In this document: one piece after another, positions 57,064 through 64,000 of the stretch | Layout: every line of letters begins with the position of its first letter | Numbering within the stretch: position 1 is the first letter of the stretch | From: an uncultured bacterium | GTDB lineage: Bacteria > Krumholzibacteriota > Krumholzibacteriia > LZORAL124-64-63 | Length of the DNA: 64,000 nt | Direction: 5' to 3' | Assembly (NCBI GenBank): GCA_963732385.1 | Contig: CAVSZB010000005.1 | Location: forward strand, 160,001-224,000 | The notes under the pieces: model-generated | What the model saw: the letters and a program-made list of their open reading frames with translations, nothing else | Told to the model about the DNA's origin: nothing | The model's database searches: none | Translations under genes and position numbers: made by a program

Positions 57064-57153
57064 CCTTGCGGCAAGTTGTTGTATTTGCGTGGGCTACCGT
57101 GCCCCCAGGCACAGTAGCCACGGGCCGGAGGCCTGTCAAGGATGGGGAGAACC

Positions 57154-57747
57154 TCAGGACCCGAGGGCAGAAAATGATCTGCGTCCGAACCCGAGGAAAT
57201 TGTTTAGGAGTTGACCCCCGGCGGGGGTGAGCACCGATTCCGGGTGGAACTGCACTCCGAACAGCGGGAGCTGCCGGTGACGGAGCGCCATCAGCTCTCC
57301 GTGCCCGCCGTGGGCGAGCGGCACCAGCTCCCGCGGCAGGGTGGCGGCGTCAACGATGAGCGAGTGGTAACGCCCGGCCGCGAACGGGCTCGGCAGACCG
57401 GCGAACAGTCCCTGCCCGTCGTGGTGGACGGGGCTGCTCTTGCCGTGCATGAGACGCGGCGAGCGCGCGATGCGGCCGCCGAACGCCGCGGCGATGGCCT
57501 GGTGCCCGAGGCAGACCCCCAGGGTCGGCACGCGCGTGCCGCAGACCCGCACGAAATCGAGAAGATGCCCGGCGCGCGACGGTTCGCCGGGGCCGGGCGA
57601 CAGCACCAGATAGTCGGGACGCAGAGCCAGCGCCTCGTCCGGGGTGATGGCGTCGTTGCGCCGCACTTCAATGGCGGGGTGCAGCACCCCGAGCATCTGC
57701 ACGAGGTTGAACGTGAACGAGTCGTAGTTGTCGATTACAAGGATCAC
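57154..57747 (-). CDS. Anthranilate/aminodeoxychorismate synthase glutamine amidotransferase subunit (TrpG/PabA)
   Basis: MILVIDNYDSFTFNLVQ, LSPGPG, GVCLGHQ, RYHSL, GVQFHPES. GTG 57747 overlaps the upstream stop. Confidence 0.95.
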   Translation of the reverse strand: MILVIDNYDSFTFNLVQMLGVLHPAIEVRRNDAITPDEALALRPDYLVLSPGPGEPSRAGHLLDFVRVCGTRVPTLGVCLGHQAIAAAFGGRIARSPRLMHGKSSPVHHDGQGLFAGLPSPFAAGRYHSLIVDAATLPRELVPLAHGGHGELMALRHRQLPLFGVQFHPESVLTPAGGQLLNNFLGFGRRSFSALGS

Positions 57748-59780
57748 CGGGCCAACAACAACGACCGCGTCCGCGACTCCCCCACAAACGAGAGGCGCGC
57801 GAAATACGCGCCCGAACCGACCGGGCGACCGGCCTCGTCGCGGCCGTCCCAGCGCGCCTCGTGCGCGCCCGCCGCCGCCTCGCCATCCACGAGCGTCCGC
57901 ACGAGACGCCCCGCCGTGTCGTACAGCGTCAGGCGCAGGCGCCCCCCGCGAGGCAACTCGTATGGGATGACCGTGGCCGGGTTGAAAGGATTCGGCCGGT
58001 TCGCGCCGAGGCGCGCCACAGCCGTCGGCGGGGTGGCCGGCACCGCCGTCACCGCCGCGCCGCTCGCGGTTTTGAGGATCCAGTTGTCGCGGTCGAGCGT
58101 GACGTTCGAGGCGATGCCCGGCACCGTCAGCGTGTAGACCTGCTCCGCCTGGTCGTTCTGCACCACGCACACCTCAGTCCCGCGATCCGTGTCCACGAAA
58201 ACATCGACCGGCAGCGTGAACAGCCCGGTGACCGTCTGCGTCTGCCGGACCCGCAGGTTGACGCGCGTGGAATCGCCCGCCGGCGCGAACCACCAGGAGT
58301 ACTGGTACTGCGGGTAGTACTGGCCGTAGATCCACTGCTGGAAGAAGGCGTCGAGATCCTTCCCCGACACCCCCTCGCAGAGGTCGCGGAACTGCTCCGT
58401 CGTGGCGCTGCCGTTGCCGTAGGCGGCACGGTAGGCGGTCAGCGAAGCGAAGAAGTCGGCGTCACCGAGCACGTGCCGCAGCATGTGCACAATCCACGAC
58501 GCCTTCAGGTACGAAAGGTTGTAGTTGAAGATGGCCGTGAAGTCGGCCGGATCCTCCACGAAGATGGAGCCCGCGCCGAGATAGACCGCGGCCGCCATCT
58601 CGGCGTGGTAGGCGGCCATCCCCTCGCTGCGCTCGCGCCAGTAGGCCTCGCTCCAGGTGGCGAACCCCTCGTTCAGCCAGATGTGCTGGAAATTCGCGCA
58701 GGTGATGAAATCCCCCCACCACTGGTGGGACAGCTCGTGCGCGATGAGGCCCGACGAATAGGAGTTGTACGTCAGGCTGGTGAGCGTCTGGTGCTCCATG
58801 CCGCCGCCCCACGGGAAGTGGGCGTGCCCGTACTTCTCATCGACGAACGGATACTCGCCGAAGCCCTGCGCGAACGCCGTGATCATGCTCACCGTCGGTG
58901 CGTAGCCGGTCTGCGCCTGGTTGAGCCGGTTCTGCACGACGTAGTACTTGACCTCCATCGGGTCGCCGCCGGCCAGAGGCGTGTACCAGTGCGAGAACGT
59001 GGCGTAGGGGTGGATGGCGAGCGAGACGAGGTAGGTGGCGATCGGGTACCCCTCGTGCCAGTGCGCGGTGCGGCTGCTGCCGTCGATGATGTCCGATTTC
59101 AGCAGGCCGTTGGACGCCACGATCAGGGTGCTCGGCACCGTCACCCGGACATCCACCGAGTCGGCCTTGTCGGTGGTGAGGTCCTTGCATGGCCACCAGT
59201 CGCGCGCGCCGTACGGCTCGCTCAGGGTCCAGATGAGCGGCTGCGTGGAGTAGGTGTTCCAGCCGAACGCCTCGCCCGCCGGATTGCCGGCGTAGGTGAC
59301 CGCCACGACGACCGTCTCGCCGATCGCGTACGCGCGGTCGAGGTTGACGCTCAGCACGTCGAGGCTCCGGGTGAACGTCGCCGGCACGCCCCCCGCGACA
59401 CAACCGCTCACGGTCATGTTCGCCTTCAGGTCGAGGTCCATCACCGCGAGCGTCAGCCCGGTGACCGTGGCCGTCACCGTGACCGTGCCGGCGAGGATCT
59501 GGGTCGTCGGGTTGAGGTTCAACCTCAGGTCGTAGTGGTGGACGTCGTAGAGATCCTGCGCGGGCGTACTCTTCGCCAGCGCGCTCGCCAGCCCCTTCGC
59601 CACGCGCGCCTTGACCACCGACTCGAGATAACGCGACTGCCGCGCCGTCACCTCGGCCGGCACCGGCCCCTCCTGGAGGGAAGCGGCGGGAGTGGTCAGG
59701 ACGGCGCGGGCGGAAGTCGCCCCCAGACAGACGCAGCAGAATACGGCCAGCCGGAGAGCAGGGCGAAGATGCGGATTCAT
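57744..59780 (-). CDS. Secreted M1 aminopeptidase with C-terminal FlgD-Ig-like domain
   Basis: Signal peptide, WWPCKD, GGMEHQT, AHELSHQWWG...WLNEGFAT, tail NRPNPFNPAT...WDGRDEAGRPVGSGAYFARL. Confidence 0.92.
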   Translation of the reverse strand: MNPHLRPALRLAVFCCVCLGATSARAVLTTPAASLQEGPVPAEVTARQSRYLESVVKARVAKGLASALAKSTPAQDLYDVHHYDLRLNLNPTTQILAGTVTVTATVTGLTLAVMDLDLKANMTVSGCVAGGVPATFTRSLDVLSVNLDRAYAIGETVVVAVTYAGNPAGEAFGWNTYSTQPLIWTLSEPYGARDWWPCKDLTTDKADSVDVRVTVPSTLIVASNGLLKSDIIDGSSRTAHWHEGYPIATYLVSLAIHPYATFSHWYTPLAGGDPMEVKYYVVQNRLNQAQTGYAPTVSMITAFAQGFGEYPFVDEKYGHAHFPWGGGMEHQTLTSLTYNSYSSGLIAHELSHQWWGDFITCANFQHIWLNEGFATWSEAYWRERSEGMAAYHAEMAAAVYLGAGSIFVEDPADFTAIFNYNLSYLKASWIVHMLRHVLGDADFFASLTAYRAAYGNGSATTEQFRDLCEGVSGKDLDAFFQQWIYGQYYPQYQYSWWFAPAGDSTRVNLRVRQTQTVTGLFTLPVDVFVDTDRGTEVCVVQNDQAEQVYTLTVPGIASNVTLDRDNWILKTASGAAVTAVPATPPTAVARLGANRPNPFNPATVIPYELPRGGRLRLTLYDTAGRLVRTLVDGEAAAGAHEARWDGRDEAGRPVGSGAYFARLSFVGESRTRSLLLAR

Positions 59781-60000
59781 GGGCAGACCCCGTGCGCTTG
59801 ATGTGGATACCCGGACGGCAACGCGGGCGGCGGGAGACAACGACGCCGGACGAAGATTGCTCGTCATATTGTACACCCGCGCGGGAGAACGGCGCAAGGC
59901 GCCCGGGCGAACCGACAGTCCGGATACCGCGGCGCTCGGCGACCGCCGGGGCCGGGGCTGGCGGTCGCCACCCGTGGGTGATCAGTGGAGTTGGAGTCCT

Positions 60001-60221
60001 TCCTGACAGCGATTGCTACGGGAGCAAAAAGTGCGCAGGCCGTACGCGGTCAATCCGGCCCCGAATCCCCTCTTTACAAAGGGGGGCAGGGGCGCCGAGG
60101 GCCTGCGGGGCTCCGGCAGCGCTCCGTTTCGCCAGGGAACGCCGAGAGTCCTCAGACGGCTGGCCGGGACTCCGTCCCGACACCCGTGCACTTTTTGCTC
60201 CCGTAGCAACCGCTGTCAGGA
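60001..60221. mobile_element. MITE-like element with 34-bp terminal inverted repeats
   Basis: TCCTGACAGCGATTGCTACGGGAGCAAAAAGTGC (60001-60034) versus GCACTTTTTGCTCCCGTAGCAACCGCTGTCAGGA (60188-60221): one mismatch. No credible ORF inside. Confidence 0.75.
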
Positions 60222-60491
60222 TACGCCACGAAGTCCCTGACGACGCTTCTTCTCTCCCTGCACCCTTGCGCTCCCGTGGCGACTTCCGGAGAACGCCCGC
60301 AGTTGCCCCCGCAGAGACGCGCTTGCCCCCTCCGTTGGGATGGCGCTAGTCTCTCATGTTGGCCATGCGCCTGCCGCCCGACGCGCGCCGCCGGCCCGCG
60401 CCCGGGCGCGGGCCGGGCTCCACGCCACTTGGAGCGCTGTCCCTTGATCGAGAAACGTCCACAGACGGAATTGGCCGAGACCGATGACGCC

Positions 60492-62384
60492 GTGCCGCTC
60501 GTCATCCGGATCTCCCTGGCCTCAGCGCTCGTCCTGCTTTTGGGCGTCGTCTATGTTTCCAGCCTCCTGCCCGGCCTCGGAAATTCCGGCGACACGGCGG
60601 AATTCCAGTTTATCGGCAAAGTTCTGGGTGTGCCGCACCCGACCGGCTACCCGACCTATGTCGTGTTGAACGGTCTTTTCGTGCGGCTTGTCCGGCTCGG
60701 CTCCCTCGCCTTTCGGGCGAATCTCCTGTCGGCGCTGTTGGCCATCCTCGCCGTCACTATCCTGTACCATATCATTCGCCTCTTCGTGCCTCGGCGTTCG
60801 ATTGCGCTGTTGAGCGCCCTTTCGTTCGGCCTGACTAGGGTATTCTGGTCCCAGGCCGTCGTGGCGGAGGTCTACACGCTCAATGCCGTTTTTGTGGGTC
60901 TCGTCCTATGGGCGTTCGTGCGCTGGCACAGATCGCGTCTCCCGCGCGATCTGTTGATTGCATGCGGAGTTTATGCCTGCTCATTCGGCAACCACCTGAC
61001 CATGATTACCATGTTGCCAGCGGCCCTGCTGATCGTGCTCGCCACTCAACCAGCCATCGTCCTGCGCCCACGCATCATGCTGGGAGCCGGCCTGCTTGTA
61101 ATCTCCGGCGCATCCCAGTACCTTTTCCTGACGTGGAGGGCACATTCCGCCGCAACGCCTTTCCTGTATAGTGATGTTACCCCCTGGCGTAATCTTCTGG
61201 AGTTGGTGACCGGCGCACAGTTCCGCGACCGTATGTTCGCATTCTCATTCGCGCAGGTCGTTGGCGATCGGCTGCCAATGTACCTGAAGCTGTTCTGCGA
61301 TCAATTCTTGTGGGGCATTCCGTTCATTGTCATCGGAATGATCATGCTTTGCCGGCGCGTGGCCGGCCTGTTCCTTATGACCGCATTCCTGGGATGCGTT
61401 CTTTACGGCGTTAACTACAATATCGAGGACATTTCCGTCTATTTCATCCCCAGTTTTCTTATCGCCGCGATCTGGCTCGGTACCGGTGTTGATGCGGTCG
61501 TCTCGGCCCTCAAGCGACCACGTTGGCTGCCGGCCGTGGCGTCGTCGGCTTACTTCATCCTTCCGTCAATGCTATTTGTCATGAATCGCCCGCTTGTCGA
61601 CCAGAGCGCCAACCGGCAGCTCGCCTCAAGAACCGAGGCCGTCCTGCTTGCGGCACAGCACGACGCCCTGCTGGTTTCCGGGGACTGGATGGTATCCAAC
61701 GCGCTTTGGTACGTGCTTCTCGGCGAAGAACGCTACCGGGATAATGTCTTCGTCGTTCACAATTTCAATCCGGATGAGCTGCATCGCTATCTGGTTGAGA
61801 ATCGCCCATTGTACATGCCACACATTCGCCGTGAGGCTCTTCCCAAGCTCGATGTCTATGCGCTGAAACGCCAACACGTGGACGATCTGCAAAGAACCGG
61901 CCTGTACGCGTTCCCGATCGGCACGGACCTGTTCGCAATCCGTGCTGAGCCGGAACTCGGCTCGCATCTCGCAGAAAAACACCGCCTTAACGCAAGCCTG
62001 TACCCGCTGGTTGCGTTCAGCCAGGGCTGGCAGGTACCGGAGGAATGGGGGCGGTGGGCCATCGCGTCGGAGCCCAAGGCGATTGTCACTTGCCTCCGGT
62101 TGCCGGCGGATCTTGTCATCCGCGCAGCTCCTTGGCCGGAGGTCAACGTACCGGTGGATGTTGCGGTTTTGCTCGACGAGCAACCACTTGGCGACTTCAG
62201 CGTGGCCGGCGCGAATTGGGATATGCAGGAGTTCGTCTTCCCCTTGTCAAGACCCGTGACAAATGGCGTGCTGAAGCTGGTCATCAGACGCCGCGGCTCT
62301 GCCAGCATCGGAGCAACCGGCCAGTATCAGTTGCCGGTTGGCTCGATCGAGATTCGCCGTGCCCCCCCCGGGGTCATCCCATAA
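60492..62384 (+). CDS. DUF2723 (TMEM260-like) GT-C membrane glycosyltransferase
   Basis: GDTAEFQ, GVPHPTGYPTY, FWSQAVVAEVYTL, GNHLT; soluble C-terminal domain with GWQVPEEWGRW. Start uncertain. Confidence 0.85.
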   Translation: MPLVIRISLASALVLLLGVVYVSSLLPGLGNSGDTAEFQFIGKVLGVPHPTGYPTYVVLNGLFVRLVRLGSLAFRANLLSALLAILAVTILYHIIRLFVPRRSIALLSALSFGLTRVFWSQAVVAEVYTLNAVFVGLVLWAFVRWHRSRLPRDLLIACGVYACSFGNHLTMITMLPAALLIVLATQPAIVLRPRIMLGAGLLVISGASQYLFLTWRAHSAATPFLYSDVTPWRNLLELVTGAQFRDRMFAFSFAQVVGDRLPMYLKLFCDQFLWGIPFIVIGMIMLCRRVAGLFLMTAFLGCVLYGVNYNIEDISVYFIPSFLIAAIWLGTGVDAVVSALKRPRWLPAVASSAYFILPSMLFVMNRPLVDQSANRQLASRTEAVLLAAQHDALLVSGDWMVSNALWYVLLGEERYRDNVFVVHNFNPDELHRYLVENRPLYMPHIRREALPKLDVYALKRQHVDDLQRTGLYAFPIGTDLFAIRAEPELGSHLAEKHRLNASLYPLVAFSQGWQVPEEWGRWAIASEPKAIVTCLRLPADLVIRAAPWPEVNVPVDVAVLLDEQPLGDFSVAGANWDMQEFVFPLSRPVTNGVLKLVIRRRGSASIGATGQYQLPVGSIEIRRAPPGVIP

Positions 62385-62524
62385 ACTCCTTTGTGCGGTA
62401 ATGCCGCAAAACCCGGGACCGGTTGGAGGAACAACGGGCCCACTGTGCGGAGAGCGCTGAAGGCTTCGGGTGATTGAACCGCAGGCGCGGATGGGTTCCG
62501 CGCCACGCAGGGAGTGCCAATCCC

Positions 62525-64000
62525 ATGATCGCTGACCGTCCCCTGACCGATCTGGCCGCCGGCGCACGCTGGCTCACTGCCTTCGGTGTGATCGTGATTC
62601 TTCCCGGATGGCTGCTGCTCGGACGGCACATACGGACGCTCGATCGTGCGGCGCGGCTATATCTCGCCACCTGCGCCGGATTGCTGCTGACTGCCCTGCT
62701 GGGGCCGGCCTTCGCGGCCCTCCAGGTGCCCTACACTCCGGAGAGCGTCACAGCCTCTGGGATCGTGATCGCGCTTGCGCTCGGCCGCAGCCGGCGCTGG
62801 CGCGACACCGCCGCCGGCTTGGCAGACGGGATCGAACCGCTCGACGCCCGCGGGGTCCTGGCGGTCATCTCTCTCAGCGCAGTCATGGCCGCCATCGTGC
62901 TCGTCGCTTTCCGCGACTACGCCGCACCCAACCACCTGGACGACGCCAGCAACCACGCCTTCATGGCTTCACGGGTTCTCGCGATACACAGTCTGGCTGC
63001 CGGGCGCGTATTCGCGCCGCCCTTCGGTGCGCCCGCGATTCCATACCTGCCGGGTTGGCACGGCTGCGCGGCCCTGATTGCCGATCTCGGTCGGGTGCCG
63101 GCATGGGTGAGCGCCTGGGGGCTGGCGGTGTTCGCCTGTGTGATGACCCCGGCGGCCCTGACGCTCTTCTGGCGCGCCGCGGCGTTGCCATTACCTGTGG
63201 TCCTGCTGGGTGGCGCGTTCGCGGCGGCCAATTTCTACATGCCGACGAACATCTTTTCCTGGGGCGGGTTCGGCGCGATCATCGGCCTGTCGCTCGCGCC
63301 GTGGGTCGCACTTGCCCTGAGAGGGCTCGTTCTCCGTCCTTCGGCGACCGGGGGACTCCTGGCGGGCCTGGCCCTGGTGGCGATCCTGCACATCCACACG
63401 AGCGAGCTCTTCACCGCTCCGTTGCTGCTTGCCGCCATCCTGCCACGAGTGTCCGGATCCCACAACCACGCGCGCAACGTGGCGCGATCGGTCGCCCTGG
63501 CCGTGGCGGTCTTCGCGCTCGTCGGGCTTTTGCCCCTGCTCGAGCCGCTGCGCGTATACCGGGGATGGACCGCGAGCGAAACGCTGCCGACACCATCCGG
63601 CCTGCGCGCGGCCTCAATCGACTTCCTTACCTTTGCCGGCGGCAACGTGCCGATCCTGCGCTGGTTCGTCGTACCGGGCCTGATGGCGGGCCTGATCTGG
63701 CGGCGAAGCCGCCGTCTGGCACTGCTGTCGCTGGCCTTTTTGCTGCTCTACTTCGGCGTGCGACAGTTCCAGGATCCGCTCAGTCTCGCGCTCTCGCGCC
63801 CCTACTACCGGCAGTTCCCGCGCGTGATCTACCCGCAGATGTACCTGCTGCCGCCGTTGATGGCCGTCGCCGTGCTGGCAACGATGAGGGCCGCGGGCCG
63901 GCTCTGGCGCGGACCCGGGAAGCGGCTGCTCCCCCTCGTCCCGCTCGTGGCGCTCGTGCACTGGGTGTTGTATCCCGGCGTCTATTGGAGCTACCGCAAT
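62525..64000 (+). CDS. Multi-TM membrane protein, GT-C-like (DUF6541-like); runs off the window end
   Basis: GGGAG precedes ATG 62525. Manual translation MIADRPLTDL...ILPGWLLL...LDDASNHAF...YLPGWH...FSWGGF. Absent from the ORF track because it has no stop in the window. Confidence 0.7.
   Translation, partial: MIADRPLTDLAAGARWLTAFGVIVILPGWLLLGRHIRTLDRAARLYLATCAGLLLTALLGPAFAALQVPYTPESVTASGIVIALALGRSRRWRDTAAGLADGIEPLDARGVLAVISLSAVMAAIVLVAFRDYAAPNHLDDASNHAFMASRVLAIHSLAAGRVFAPPFGAPAIPYLPGWHGCAALIADLGRVPAWVSAWGLAVFACVMTPAALTLFWRAAALPLPVVLLGGAFAAANFYMPTNIFSWGGFGAIIGLSLAPWVALALRGLVLRPSATGGLLAGLALVAILHIHTSELFTAPLLLAAILPRVSGSHNHARNVARSVALAVAVFALVGLLPLLEPLRVYRGWTASETLPTPSGLRAASIDFLTFAGGNVPILRWFVVPGLMAGLIWRRSRRLALLSLAFLLLYFGVRQFQDPLSLALSRPYYRQFPRVIYPQMYLLPPLMAVAVLATMRAAGRLWRGPGKRLLPLVPLVALVHWVLYPGVYWSYRN

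Noticed and set aside
59982..60240. Three short ORFs, two beginning MLREQKV on opposite strands
   Set aside because: An artefact of the 34-bp inverted repeat.
1..64000. CRISPR array, rRNA, tRNA, integrase or phage genes
   Set aside because: No regularly spaced direct repeats, cloverleaf or rRNA signatures, or recombinase motifs were seen by eye. tRNAscan-SE and a CRISPR finder would confirm.

Overview
A GC-rich bacterial chromosome segment. The FlgD-Ig-like C-terminal domains and the 'WGxIKxxYR' tail suggest an FCB-group lineage such as Krumholzibacteriota or Eisenbacteria; this is inference only. There are about 48 CDSs. Core genes are prfA (partial), DUF1385, rpmE, rho, ychF, ogt, glgP, rocD, mtgA, pckA, an aspartate aminotransferase, arcA, a dacA-like carboxypeptidase and trpG/pabA. 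Other modules: an ECF sigma/anti-sigma pair flanked by two Spy/CpxP-like genes; several secreted peptidases (M28, tricorn S41, M1) and a Tat amidase; a HisC/CobD-like + CDP-alcohol phosphotransferase + NTP-transferase + LysE operon; two multiheme cytochromes; a small-protein + tandem V4R-like trio; a two-permease RND pump; and three GT-C-like membrane glycosyltransferases. No rRNA, tRNA or CRISPR array was seen. The most notable items are a 221-bp MITE-like element with 34-bp inverted ends, two structured 5' leaders (15.3-15.5 kb and 53.7-53.9 kb), two kinds of putative C-terminal sorting signal, a lower-GC secreted beta-propeller gene, an apparent ATC start codon, a CDP-alcohol motif missing its last Asp, and a one-base frameshift at the end of the MOSC gene. 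All product calls come from motif recognition by eye, not database searches.
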